Shown piece by piece: positions 29,142-42,007 of a stretch of DNA of 64,000 nucleotides. Source of the DNA: Sarea resinae (Eukaryota); the NCBI GenBank assembly GCA_026026165.1, contig JAPEUD010000088.1, forward strand, positions 1 through 64,000, written 5' to 3'. The position numbers were made by a program, and so were the translations under genes. The stretch's first letter is position 1. Each line of letters opens with the position of its first letter. The notes beneath the pieces are model-generated. The model saw only the letters and a program-made list of their open reading frames with translations. It was not told the origin of the DNA and made no database searches.

Positions 29142-30714
29142 ATGGGGTTACCGTAAGTCGCCTTCCTACACGATCTCTGTGATCCTTACCATCTGCCGCA
29201 CGCGTCTATTTGGCAACCCGAATGTGTGTGATCGCGTCGCGACCAATAACACTCCGCGCTTGCTGACATACCCATCGCCGTTCAGAATCTTTCGTGAGCC
29301 TGAGGACGTTGAATCCAAGGTCACCACCAAGGGCGACCCTTCAGCTGCGTCGCGATCCGCTATCCGCCGTCAGCGCACTGTACGATATCCTCACGGTCGG
29401 AATCGCCCCTCATCTTCTTCCACGTCGTCTCAACGCCAGTCGTCGCGCGATGAGGCGGCTGCCCTTGTTGGTCGACGATCTTTATTCGAAATCATCCACC
29501 GTGATCGGGCGGCTTTAACGCCAAGTCGCGATGCTTCTCCGTCTGATTCTGGCGTGGAAATTGAGGGTGACCGAGCTCGTACGGAAATAGCTAGGCTGCG
29601 TCAGTCTGAACGCGGGCGTGATCTTCTGAGAGAGGTGCTCCGTCATCACGTTCCTCGGCGAGGAACGGTAGAGGTCTCCGCGCATGCGCATCGCATGCCT
29701 CCTCCACTACCTCCGGTTCCTGAACCGCGAGACTACAGTCATTCTGGATCCGAAAGCACTGATGGACCCTCTTTTCAAACTCATGCGCATGGCGGAACGG
29801 CATCTCAAAGCCATATGCCCACACCCCCGTATTCATCCAGTGATAGGCTTGACGGCTTTTGGGCGATTACTTCTACTAGTCCTCCTCTTGGATCGGCCTC
29901 ATTAACCCCTAGGTTTGCACCGGCTCATCCTCACGACGACGTGAGCATTGATCCGGCCCGCCTTCGTGCCAGCGATCAGTCCTCGAGGCGAGGCAATGGG
30001 CGCAGCCCGAACTATATCGACTTCAACGAGCTTCCTCCTCTCCGTCGTATGGGCCATCGCAGTATCACCGAGCACAGTGACCTTGGAAGCTCCCGACCGT
30101 TTCATGATACAGATCGTTTGCCAACGGGATTGGATGGCCTAGGTGATAGAGAACGCAGCATTAGTCCCGAAGACGACTCATGGGAGACGTTGCTGACCAC
30201 TATCGCCCCCGACTCACACATGCCCAACGCTAATTCGGCCTCGACATCTACGAGCACCTCCGCAGATGCCTCAACTCAATACTCCAATTCTTCCTCCAAC
30301 TCCCTCCTGACGACACTCACATCGTCCTCGGATGCCTTGGAACCCTTTCACATCTGCGATGGCTCTTCCGACTCTGAAGAAGATTCCGAAACGGAAGGCG
30401 ACAATCACGGCACAAGTGATCAGGACGGTCCTCCAGTTCGAGATCCGGGCCGCTATTCCGCTAATGTGCGCCATCGGGCTCAGCGAGCCGGCGAGATTGT
30501 CGATGAGTACCTCAATCGTATTACACCACCTGCGAGGGACCGGGCGGATCGTGCGATGGGTAGTGTGTACGAGGAATTCAACATGCAGCGTATGCCTGCG
30601 ATCCTTAGTCGTTTGGCCAGGCGCGAACATGTTCCCGATGAATGGTGGACTGCAGCTGGTCTGGACCCCAATTTTGAGGGCAGAAATGAGAGAGCCAGCC
30701 GCGAGCGTTTGTGA
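29142..30714 (+). CDS. Hypothetical S/R/P-rich, probably disordered protein
   Basis: ATG 29142 with intron 29153-29285 gives MGLPIFREPE...; long open exon with motif-like blocks GLDGLGDRERSISP..SWETLLTTIAPD and LSRLARREHVPDEWWTAAGL. Confidence 0.8.
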
Positions 30715-31356
30715 TAACGCGTTCGTACACTGAACGAACATGTCACCTCCTACGTTGGGCCGCTGGGACGGCCTCGTTTGTACTGTTGTGGGATAACGGT
30801 GCTGCATTGGAGTTGGTTACGGGTAACGGATAACGTCTACAAACCGTTTTGTATTAGGATCCTTTGCCGGCGAGGGCTTTTTTTTTCGGGAGGAAGCAAA
30901 AATTTGCGAAGGCCACACCTGTGCTTTACCACGAGCTTTAGCGTAGAAGGTTCTTTTTCGGAAACATGACAGATCGAGCGTCCTCGCCTGTCGGTAATCT
31001 CCCTTTTTGTTCTACACTGGCGTGCATGCGTGCATGGCACATTTGTTATTGCCTGAACGTCAGGCGAAAGTCTGGTTGGCTGCCTTTGGTACTGACTTTC
31101 TGCATTAAATTCGGAGGATAATATAGACTTCTATTAATGGCTATCAAAATGGCTAAGGATTTGGTGATGCTCAATGCTTTTGCCCTGTAAATAGGGCGAG
31201 GATACTGATATATTCCGAATGACGGAACAAGGGGCCACGGCGAAGGACTATGCGCCATGCTGATCTATTGGTATTTCTAGATCTGATGCTCAGTATCACT
31301 AGTAGCATATCTCCGTCAAGAGCCTCGATTCCTTTACAACACGTCGTCATTCTACC

Positions 31357-32224
31357 TCATTGTCCCACCCCCTGCGCTTCAGGCCTCCACCCCGCATCAT
31401 CAACACTATGCACTACCTCGTCAACGTCTAACCTATCATCCACAATCTCCTGTCCATTAACAAGATCATTCTCCTTGGCTCTCGTGTTGGCCTCCTCCTC
31501 GTTCCTCGCAATGCCAGCCTTGACATGTCTGCTTATCAGCCTCTTTCTCGCGACCTCGAAATCCACATCGACGAACCACAGCTCGTCCATGAGCCGCGCC
31601 GCCTCGTTCCACGGCGTCTTGTTCAGCGACAGATAGTTGCCTTCGAATACCAACACCCTCGACGAAGGGTAGATCGGAATGTCGTCGTGCACCGGATCCT
31701 TGAGGGCGTGATCGAAGCTTGGCGCGTAGAGCGTCCCTGTCTCGGGTAGGAGGGGCTTGCGCAGTTCCTTGACTAGGGTGAGAAAGGCGTCGCCATCAAA
31801 GGTGAAGGCGGCGCCGCGACGGGCGTGAGCCGTGGTCGGGTCGGGCATGGCGGAAAGCTGGGCGCGAGAGAGGTGATACCCATCCATGGGAACGAAGGCG
31901 GCGATGTCGGTGTGTTGCACGCCTGGGTTCTTGGTGCGGTGGAGGGCGTTGAGGCGGTTTGCGACGGTGGCAGCTAGAGTTGTTTTGCCTACAATTTAGG
32001 GAAATCTCGTCAACGGCGTCGATCATGAATACTCGGCAAAGGTAGGAGGGCCGACCTGAACCTGGAATCCCGGATACGGCGATCAGAAGCCGCTTCGAGG
32101 CTGGGAGCTGCTGGTATTTATCTGTTTACGCGCAGTGAGCGCGCGCCTCTCGGACCTTTATCGATAGGTCTGGTCTAGCCTTACCCCACGTCTTTCCGAC
32201 CAATTTGTCGACCTGTGTATCCAT
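31357..32224 (-). CDS. YFH7/YggC-like P-loop kinase (phosphoribulokinase/uridine kinase/pantothenate kinase fold)
   Basis: Walker A GIPGSG|KTT split by an intron; PMDGYHL, RRGAAFTFD, PSFDHALKDP and FEGNYL motifs; 2 introns. Confidence 0.88.
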
Positions 32225-32594
32225 CTTACGCTTTCAATGTATGGGAACGTGTAGAAGATGGCTTTGGTCCTCCCGCGGGTTAGTCTACGTGTGAGTAGAA
32301 AGAAATCTTCAGCATCTGAAAGAAATTTATGAAAGAGGTTCATCACGATGTTGTCATATCCCCACTCCTCGATGCAGCATTCCCCGCCGCCGATCGGATT
32401 TATGATTATCCGAGTCCAGGTACCGGACAGTCCGGTTCGATTAGTTTGTATGCGCTCTGACATGAGGGGGAGGGGCGACTTCTCTCATTCAAAATTATCT
32501 ATTGAATGCACAATCCTCGAGTGCGATACCATATGGATAGCTCCTTCCAATCGAGTGTCCGAAACATATAAACACTTTTCCAGTCTGACCGTAG

Positions 32595-32596
<2 letters not shown>

Positions 32597-32635
<39 letters not shown>
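32597..32635. repeat. (CA)n microsatellite, ~19 units, just upstream of the PPCDC ATG
   Basis: Seen directly in sequence. Confidence 0.97.
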
Positions 32636-32636
<1 letters not shown>

Positions 32637-32655
32637 GCAGGCGCACAAACAGAAG

Positions 32656-33357
32656 ATGTCCACGCCAAATGGCCATCCTTCTCCCTTTGTCGCCGCCCAC
32701 CATAGCGATGACAACAAGCACCACCTCCTCCTGGCCGCCAGCGGCTCCGTCGCGACCATCAAATTGCCTCACATAGCAACTGCGCTGTCGCACCACAAGA
32801 ACCTCTCCATCCGTCTCCTTCTCACCCGATCAGCCGAGAAATTCCTCGTCGGCCAGAGCGCCGAACAGCCACACCCGGAGTCCTTGCTCGCCCTTCCAAA
32901 CGTAGATGGCATACACTACGACGAGGACGAGTGGACCAAACCATGGACGAGAGGAGATGCCATCTTGCACATAGAGCTGCGGCGATGGGCACATCTGCTC
33001 GTGATCGCGCCGCTGTCGGCTAACACACTTGCAAAGGTGACAATGGGCATTGCAGATAACTTGCTCACCTCGGTGGTCAGGGCGTGGGATACGACGGGCT
33101 CGATAGATGCGTCGAATAGAAGGAAGACTATCATCGTTGCTTTGGCCATGAACACGGCAATGTGGCGCCATCCCCTTACGACGAAGCAAATTCGGGTGCT
33201 GGAGGAGGAATGGGGTGTAGGGGGAAAGAATGATGGATGGTTCGAGGTTTTAAGGCCGGTGGATGGTGCTCTGGCATGTGGAGACGTTGGTGGCGGAGCG
33301 ATGAAGGACTGGAGAGAGATCGTGGAGATCATAGAACATAGGTTGGATCTACGGTAG
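32656..33357 (+). CDS. Phosphopantothenoylcysteine decarboxylase (HFCD flavoprotein, Hal3/Cab3/CoaC family), intronless
   Basis: ASGSVATIK, LHIELRRWA (catalytic His), APLSANTLAK, AMNTAMW and LACGDVGGGAM (catalytic Cys). Confidence 0.92.
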   Translation: MSTPNGHPSPFVAAHHSDDNKHHLLLAASGSVATIKLPHIATALSHHKNLSIRLLLTRSAEKFLVGQSAEQPHPESLLALPNVDGIHYDEDEWTKPWTRGDAILHIELRRWAHLLVIAPLSANTLAKVTMGIADNLLTSVVRAWDTTGSIDASNRRKTIIVALAMNTAMWRHPLTTKQIRVLEEEWGVGGKNDGWFEVLRPVDGALACGDVGGGAMKDWREIVEIIEHRLDLR

Positions 33358-33494
33358 AAGAATTTGGCGTGTTCGGACTTCGCGGAGTTTAGGTCGTCGG
33401 CTTTATTCAGTATGGCACGCATGCTACATTCCAGGTTGCGGTACTGTTTGGAGCGAAAACTTTGAGGCAGTAACGGTTTTTCATCCTTATTCAT

Positions 33495-35078
33495 CTATAG
33501 ATTAATATCCTCGACCCGATAGTGATCTGCAACGATTCTGTACAGGTATGAAGGCGCATGGCCACCACTGTAGCTCTGATTAGCAAACCAACCGAAGAAA
33601 GTATGACTTCAACTTACAGGTTCGTGATATATAGGTCCACCAACTCTGCGGGCACGTAGTCGAACACTGGGTTCTCTACATCGACCTTCTCGACCAAATC
33701 TCCATCCTCATATGGGATGACCTTGCTAGCATCTCCAACCTCAATCAAAGACTCAAAGTCGAAAGGATACACTGGACTGAGCTTGTATACCCCACTCACC
33801 ACCACGACGGGCGTTTTGTGCATCTTTGCAGCCTTGGCAACGGTCCTAGTACCTGCCGCTGCCACCAAGCCGCCGTTGGCCAAAACGGCATGTGTGCCTA
33901 GGATGACCTTGTTCACCCTCGACATCAAGGCAAAGACGGCTGAGTCGGGGATGAGAATCACGGTGATACCGGCGGCTGTGAGCGGCTTTTGGAAATTTTC
34001 CGTGCTCAGCTCGTCCTCATTTTCCGTGGTTAAGGTGCCAGATACAGTAGCATGTGTAGCTTCGTGGTTGTTCGGATAGGCTTCGGCATGAACGACGGTA
34101 AACTTTCTCTTTCTGGCGGCTGTGAGAAGGAACTTCTGCACTGTCATCGAAGAAGTATGGGTCAGGATGATCTCGTTCGAATGAATATGATCAAGGGCGT
34201 AGCCGGCAATCTGCTCATCCACCTGGTCTAGCTCGTCAATGATCTCTTCTATTCCGCCAATTATTTCAGGTCTTAGGTCCTTCTGAGGTGCTGCCCCTAA
34301 ACCGGCTAGATGCTGAGAAGTGAGAGGCGTCTTCCCTGCAGGCGATTGATTGCCCGGCGGAGTTGCTGTTGGGGATGGGGTAGCCGGATGGGACAACAGA
34401 TTAAACATCGATGTGACCATTGGGGCTGTATTGGTGACGGCATAAGAAGTATGCGAGGTTAGTAAAGATGGCCTTTGCGACGCTTGTTCGAGGCTCTCCT
34501 TCGAGGTCGATTCATCATCGCTGCTTCCATCTGTGTGCGCAATGCTCGGGTCTATAGGCTCGACTGCACCATGTCGTAGTGGACTGAACGTCGATAGACT
34601 TGATGAGATCCCTGGTCTCTGAAGTGACTTAGCATCTCGATTGTGAGGTGTGCCGGGCTGACTTTCGAGTCCCGCATCACTATATGCGCTTGCATCAGCG
34701 TCTCGGTCCTCTTCTGCCTCCTCTCTGATCAAGCCTAGCGTTCGCCGCAGAATATTCCCCACCGCCAGTTCTCTAGGTTGTGCAGCGATCAGTCTTTGGC
34801 CAACGCGTTGTATGCGCTCGATGAGTCGGGTGACGTCCGTCCACCGAAAAGATGAGACAACGCGGAGAAGTAAGTGAGCTGTCGCAATGGCGCATGGCCT
34901 TGAGTTCCGAATCTGTCTCCGCTTGAGGAGGCTTGGCCCGTCAGCTGAAGTTTTCATACTTGAGTTGGGGTTTTCCCTACGAGATCAGATGTTCTATGGA
35001 TGACTCCACCGGCGCCGCCCTCAGCGACTTGAGGAAAGATGACAGCCCGGGAGAGGCAACTACGGATGTGTGTGCCAT
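33495..35078 (-). CDS. GCD7: Translation initiation factor eIF2B beta subunit
   Basis: LLKRRQI, AQPRELAVGNILRR, HIHSNEIILT, DSAVFALMSRVNKVILG and NPVFDYVP..DLYITN motifs; 2 introns. Confidence 0.93.
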
Positions 35079-36001
35079 GATAGGCCCACTCCACCGTTCA
35101 GGCGTACCTTCCGGATCGGGTACGATGGGACTCCTTCAGTGATGGATGTACGATTGAGTAAGGTCACCGCGCTGGGAGGGCGTTTCTTGATCGCGATATT
35201 CGAGATTGATGACTCTTCAAAATTCGCTAACGTTGCGCCGAGGCCGAAATGATGCCCAAAGGCGTCGATCTCTGCTGGATAATTACCCAAAAGGGAAGAG
35301 GCTATGAGAATATCCGAAATGGATATCAGAGTGCGAGGCCAATGTATGTCGAATAAACGCAATGATTATTGCATTTATGGTAGTGGTGGCAGTGATGATT
35401 GTCATCCATGTAACAGTAGTGGAGTGTTAGTATCTTCGTACTGCATACAGAGTACGAACCATGGGAAATTATATTGTACGTACTTTGTACCGATGCATGT
35501 GCACATGGAAAGACGATGGTAGTACGGATAGTACTGCGCAGTATGGTTGCCCATGGTTGACGATGGTTGACCCCCAACATCTCCGATCTCCCGACCCCAC
35601 ATCCATCATCATCATCATCATCACCACCATCACCACCACCACATCCATCAACTACCACTTCTACGGCTTCAGCATCGGCATTCATGTGTATATGAGCATT
35701 TGCGGATATTCCTCGACGCGTCTCTCCATTCTCGGCAGCTTCACACTCTGATCACGAAGAGCGTGTTTATCATTGCATCCGCGACTCTTTGCTTACAGTG
35801 CTCGGTGGTTCCCTCCGACGGAAGGTCTAGGATTCCTCGGTCACGCCCAAGCGCAAGGTCGAATCTGTTGGGTCGCCCTCGGGATAATTGGGGGTCCTGG
35901 AGGAGAACTTAAACGCGCGGTCGTCCGGCCCTGAAGGAGTGATAATCTCTCATTGTCTACATCTACTGCCCAGCTCATCGATTCATGGCTCGGCTCGTAC
36001 G

Positions 36002-37727
36002 ATGAACTCTTTGAACATCCTCTCGGCCCGCGTCATAGGCTCTGCGCCATCTCAAGGCACATCAAGGTCCCGATCGCAATCGCGCAGCGATTCCGCCGAC
36101 GAGATATCACGGTCAGAGTCTGGACGCAGACGGACCTCAGGAGAGGATGGGCCATTCGGAACATTTGCGGCAGAAAAGCTAGGGAGCAATGGTGAGGAAG
36201 ATGCGTCGCAGAGCATCTCTGAGAGAATTCCAGACGGCTCGAATGAGAAAACGCCTCTTCTCCACGATGAGGATATAGCGGGTCATTATGACAACACAAA
36301 GCCCGCAGGCTGGCAGGCATTTCCGGGGTGGATAGTTGGTGCGCTTACGGCGTCGTTGAAATGGGCACTATCAAGGATAGCTGCACCTGGATTTTTCTTA
36401 GTCGCATGCTTCTATGATGACATGGGTGACTTCTCTCCACTCATGCCGATCCGCAAAGTGAGCCGTGCCTTCTCCTTTCGCAGAAGGTCAAACGTGCCTC
36501 GGCAGACAACGGTCGGAGCTCCAGAGAACGGCGCGAATGTGAGTCGAGACCACAACGGCTCGAAAGAGCGTCCCGGGACCAGCGACTCTACTTCCTCCCG
36601 ACGCTCGTCATCTGGTAGTTCATCCTCAATGACCTCCGAGTCGGAAAAAGATGATGATAAACAATCGGCCAACGAAACCCATCCATACCATACTCGCTCG
36701 AAATCGTTATCCTCTGCAGAGGAAATCGCTCCTGCTAGACGGTCAATCCGCATAAAATTATACAACGAAGATTCCCTCAAGCGCCGAAAACACAAAAAGG
36801 CTCAATCTACCGATGATAATGCATCATCCACCGTCTCTTCAAAGACTAGTCGGTCAACTCCTATAACTCCCGCGACCCTCAAATCGCCTACTAGTCCGAC
36901 CTCTTCCCTCCGTCTTACCAAATACCCTCGGGCACCAGCACCACCGCGACCTCTGATACCCCCCCGCCAACCATCCTACGCTATTCCTCCGTCCGCCCCG
37001 TCTCGACTAACCCAAAAGACGCTCATCATCGACCTCGACGAAACCCTCATCCACAGTCTCGCCAAAGGCGGCAGAATGAGCACGGGACACATGGTAGAAG
37101 TGAAGTTAAATACCGCCGCTGGCCTAGGCGGCACCGCCGTTGGGCCCCAACATCCCATTCTATATTACGTCCACAAGCGGCCGCACTGTGATGACTTTCT
37201 TCGTAAGGTTGGTGATCTCGTCTCCTACCTTTCATGCGATTCGTCTGCTCATCTCGGAACAGGTGTGCAAATGGTATAACCTGGTTGTCTTCACGGCATC
37301 GGTTCAAGAGTACGCCGATCCGGTCATCGACTGGCTAGAGCAAGAGCGCAAGGTCTTCTCTGGGCGATACTACCGCCAGCATTGCACGTTCCGCAACGGG
37401 GCGTATATCAAGGATATTAGCTCCATTGAGCCGGACCTGAGTAAAGTCATGATCTTAGATAACAGCCCTATGAGCTATATCTTCCACGAAGGTCAGTCTA
37501 TATCCGTGATATGTTCCTTTCACGCTCCAGCCGTCGTTCTCACTGCGTCGAAATGAACACATCTGACATGGTGGGTCTAATCAGACAATGCCATACCCAT
37601 TGAGGGCTGGATCAACGACCCCACTGACAACGACCTCTTGCATCTCATCCCTCTTCTCGAGGGCCTGCAATACGTGACGGACGTGCGCGCGCTTCTTGCC
37701 CTGCGAATGGGCGAAGCGGTAGCGTAG
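36002..37727 (+). CDS. NEM1: Nem1/Dullard (CTDNEP1) HAD phosphatase, NIF/FCP1-like domain
   Basis: KTLIIDLDETLIHS, YVHKRPHCDDFL, VFTASVQEYADPVIDWL, ILDNSP and NAIPIEGWINDPTD; hydrophobic segment in the N-terminal half; 2 introns. Confidence 0.9.
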
Positions 37728-39021
37728 CAGTAGCGAACATGTTGCATCATTGTTTCATAGGCGCGATACCTTTTCTTGCAGCGGTCAGCCGAGCTCAGCT
37801 TTGCTTCTTGTTTGATGGTATTCCTGCCGAGGCTTTCTTGGACGCCTCTTGCTTGCATCTGTATATTATTAGTGGCGTCTCTGTAATTTTGTCTGAGTGC
37901 ACTTTTGGCAGCTGTCTGGCATGCATGCAGAGATGGCGGACTGGGAGGAGCGGTCTCTTGGAGAATGGCATCGAGCTTCTTGAATCCATGCTGTGCCGTC
38001 CCGAGACTCGTAGCAGCGTTGGAGCCCACGGGCAATGAGGGTCAAGATATGAGAAGTGCGATTAAGAGTGATCATGATACGATTGCGACTGGGGCAGTCA
38101 TGCAGCCTCCATGGCACTAGTGGGCATGATTCTACGATGCTTGGCCAGAACGAGGCCGCGAACTGTGGGGTCGGGTCGTCCCCTGGCTCATTGGATCGAT
38201 GCACCCGACAGTGGCCCAGGGCGAGCCAGATGGAAGCAGACAGTAGTGCAGTGACATTTGCATGAAATTGTTCCGACTATCCATTGGGCGCATCGCATCC
38301 ACCCTACTGATACAGCACAGCTCTCGCAAAGTCGATAGAGTAGTAGTAGTCGTAAGCCGACATGAATGGAGATGACCGGTCGGCCAGATTGAGAGAGGTG
38401 CTCGAGAAGCGAGGACAGCGCACAGCCCACAACATGATTGTTGTTCGGCAGAAAGAATCACGGCATGCTGGAGGAGGCTATCATGATCGACGGCGGAGTG
38501 TATACAGTAGGTATCTTGCGTACATACTACTAGGTAGGGTAGTCATCACGGGCACGAGAGCGAGCGGCTCCGTGTTTTCGCCGCGCCATCCGGCTTGACC
38601 GCTCCCCAAGGAAGAGATGTAGAGACTGGGGGCTGGGGTGGGGAAAGGAGGGGGAGGTGCACGGGTGAGAGAGGTCGAGGGGGTGAAGGGGGATATTCGG
38701 ATTGAGATGTTTCATTCTTGTTGGGTCTCGAGATTGCCATCTGTCAGGTCCGATCACGCGAGGGAGAGATGGAGGAGGGAAGGAGTGAAGGAGCGAAGGA
38801 GTGAAGACGATGAGCTTGACTCTGCCACTGTACGAATGCTGTGTTGTTTTTTCAGCATCAATTGATTGAAATTGGGCCCTGGACATGTCACGCTGAATTG
38901 GAGATGCATGGATGGATGGATAAGTGTATGGATCCATCCATGGATCAATTGGGGGCTACGGAATAGCGTATCTCCGTTCTCAAATTCTCAGCGCTTACCC
39001 TCGGAAAGGGCCGGCTGTGGG

Positions 39022-39057
39022 CGCACTGGCCGCACTGGCCGCACTGGCCGCACTGGC
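39022..39057. repeat. 9-bp tandem repeat (CGCACTGGC)x4 upstream of BCAT
   Basis: Seen directly in sequence. Confidence 0.95.
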
Positions 39058-39624
39058 ACTCACCGCAATAATCTCTGTGATGGGAATGGAAAAGGGGAAA
39101 ATATTTTCGGCGAGCGGAAGAGGCTGCGCCGTGTCACGCCCTTCGCGGGCCCGGTCCCCTGTTGATCTTGACAATTCTCACGCCCTTTGGCTGCACGAGC
39201 TGCAACCCTTATGCGCCGTAGATCCCGTCACTGTCCATGCTCACCGGCTTTGCTTTCTTTCTGCCGCGTGTGAGCGACGGCCGTCCCAGCTTCGGCCTCC
39301 CTTATCGTCTTCCCTGAAGGCTGCGATATCGGGCAGTGAGTAATGCTCGAGACTCACCAGCGCGAGGACAACGAGATGAAGTTCGCCGAATAAGTCTGCT
39401 GGGCCTTGGAACGCCCGTCTACACTCGGCGTCTATCGACGGAAGCCATCGAGCTGTCTCTCCTCTCCTCCTCCGCCCCTCCCGCCGCCCCCTCTACACCT
39501 GACGGTACTCTCTCCTCCAGGGCTCTCCCACACTCCGCCCGCCTCTGGCTTAGGCCGCGTTGTTGTAGTAGTGGTAGTAGTAGTGCGCGTCTGTTGAATT
39601 TTTCTTGGCCACAGACTTCCGCTT

Positions 39625-39631
39625 TGAGTCA
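39625..39631. promoter_or_regulatory. Putative Gcn4/CpcA (AP-1) element TGAGTCA in the BCAT promoter
   Basis: Perfect consensus ~165 bp upstream of the ATG of an amino-acid biosynthetic gene, just before a TTTAAAA TATA-like element. Confidence 0.6.
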
Positions 39632-39794
39632 CACTCATCCTGTCTTTAAAAGGGTCTTCCACCCCTCTTCTCCGTCTCCCTTCTCTCTTGTATCTGCTCG
39701 ACCATAGACATTCTTGGTGATTCCGGACATTGACCCTCTTCACTTTCCCATCCCATCCCATCCCCGAGCCATTGGATCGCACAACTCAACCACC

Positions 39795-41298
39795 ATGCCT
39801 CCATCCGCCGTCCCCGTCGACAGCACCGCCGAGCTCACATCCGCCGCCGTGAACCGGACCATCACCAAGACCGCTCCCTCCATCGCCCCCGCTACCACCC
39901 CCCTCCTCCCTACTCCCCTGCCCGAGCTCGATGCCTCCAAATTGGTCGTCTCCCTGACCACCAACCCCCAGACTGTGCCCGAGCCCAATTCGCCCGAAGT
40001 CTGGGCGCAATCCACATGCTCAGACCATATGGTGACGGTGCGATGGACCAGCACCGGAGGCTGGGACGCGCCCGAATTGAAACCGTACGGGCCCTTCTCG
40101 ATCATGCCGACGGCGTCCGTCCTGCACTACGCGACGGAATGCTTCGAGGGCATGAAGGCCTACCGCGGCCACGACGGCCGGCTTCGTCTCTTCCGGCCGG
40201 ACAAGAACTGCCAGCGCATGCTCACGTCGGCGACCCGCGTGGCCCTGCCGGCCTTTGACCCGCGCGAGCTCGAGAAGCTCATCAAGAAGCTCGTCGCCAC
40301 CGACGGCCCCAAGTGGCTGCCCAAGTCCCGGCCGGGCTCCTTTCTCTACCTGCGCCCGACCATGATCGCCACGGGCAAAGCTCTCGGCGTCCAGAAGCCC
40401 AAGGAAGCCACCCTGTTCGTCCTGATGGCCTGTTTCCCCTCGTTTGACGAGCCGACCGGCAGCATCGGCCCGGACGAGAAGACGACGACGACGACGACGA
40501 CGACGCCCGAGGCCAAGCTCGTCACCAAGCCCGGCATGAAGCTGCTGGCCAGCAAGGACGACATGATCCGCGCGTGGCCCGGCGGCTTCGGCTACGCCAA
40601 GCTGGGCGCCAACTACGGGCCCTCGCTGCTGGCGCAGGGCGAGGCGCGCGAGCGCGGCTACGACCAGATCCTGTGGCTCTTCGGCCCGCACGGCGAGGTC
40701 ACCGAGGCCGGCGCCAGCAACTTCTTCCTGATCTGGCGCACGCGCGACGGCCGCCTGCAGCTCGTGACCGCGCCCCTGGGCGACAAGATCATCCTCGACG
40801 GCGTGACGAGACGCAGCGTGTTGGAGCTGACGCGGCAGCGCCTGGCGCAGCCGTACGAGCACGACGGCGACACCACCACCACCCTCGACGCCCTCGAGGT
40901 CGTCGAGCGCAAATTCACCATGTCCGAGATCGAGGAGGCCATCGCCGAGGGCCGACTCGTCGAGTCGTTTGCCGCCGGCACTGCTGTAAGTTTTCTCTCT
41001 CCTCTCCCCCTTTTTTCTTCCCCCTTCATCCCCCACCCTTTTTTTTATTTTCAAAAAAAACTACTTCCATTGGGATGGAAACGCAAAGCCGCGAGAGAAC
41101 CGGACCCCTGACTTTATCTAAATGCAGTTCTTCATCGCCGCCATCTCGGTCATCCACTACCGCGGCCGCGACCTGGACGTGCCCATGGCGGCGGGCACGA
41201 GCGGCCAGTACGCGCGCGTCATCAAGGGCTGGCTCAAGGACATCATGTACGGCAACGTGCAGCACGAGTGGGGCATCGTCGTCGACGAGGAGAAGTAG
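39795..41298 (+). CDS. Branched-chain amino acid aminotransferase (PLP fold IV)
   Basis: VLHYATECFEGMKAY, LFRPDKN, YLRP, GYAKLGANY (PLP Lys), VTEAGASNFF, ILDGVTR and FAAGTA; intron 40986-41127. Confidence 0.95.
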
Positions 41299-41670
41299 GC
41301 CGATTGTCAAGGCGACAAAAAAGGGGGGGGGCGCGGCTCTTTGGATGGAGGAAGAGAACAAGGGGGAGAAGAACGGGATGAGAGGCACCCTGACACGAGC
41401 CGCCGCCGTCACACCCGGCGGGTTAATGATACCATGTGTGAAAAGATCATGCTACTCTTTATTTTTATTTTTTTTGGGCTTTTTTCTCTTATCCGTTCGC
41501 CCTTTTTGTTATCACTGGCATTATTGTCACTATCACCATCCCCATCGCATCTCTAGATCATCTACCTCTCCCATCTTCACAACTTCACTGTTTATATTAT
41601 ACTATACTATAGATTAGAGCCACACCGGGCGAATTCTCTTTTCCGTCATTCTGATCTCCCATAATAGAGC

Positions 41671-41721
41671 AGAAGAAGAAGAAGAAGAAGAAGAAGAAGA
41701 AGAAACAACTCCAACCCCCAA

Positions 41722-41760
<39 letters not shown>

Positions 41761-42007
41761 CAAAAGAACAAATCAAAACAATCTAAAACATTTCCCCCTC
41801 CCCCGTAAAAAAAACCAGGACTTAAAATTGCTACCACACCACACCATACCACACACCTGCCGCCACTGGATCTGTAGAGTAGAGTAGAGCTGAGTGTAGA
41901 TTTCAAGATTGCGAGATTGCGAGATTGCGAAATTTTCAAGGTTGTGAGATACGTGGAAACGAAACACGCCCCCCCCCCCACCACCCCCCCCCCCCCCCCC
42001 CCCCCCC
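41671..42007. repeat. Simple-repeat cluster: (GAA)n, (AAAG)n and a long poly-C tract
   Basis: Seen directly: GAA ~41671-41704, AAAG ~41721-41760, C-run ~41969-42007. Confidence 0.95.

Noticed and set aside
40020..41617. Long ORFs 40020-41054 (-) and 40574-41617 (+)
   Set aside because: Shadow frames of the GC3-rich BCAT gene, with no recognisable domains.
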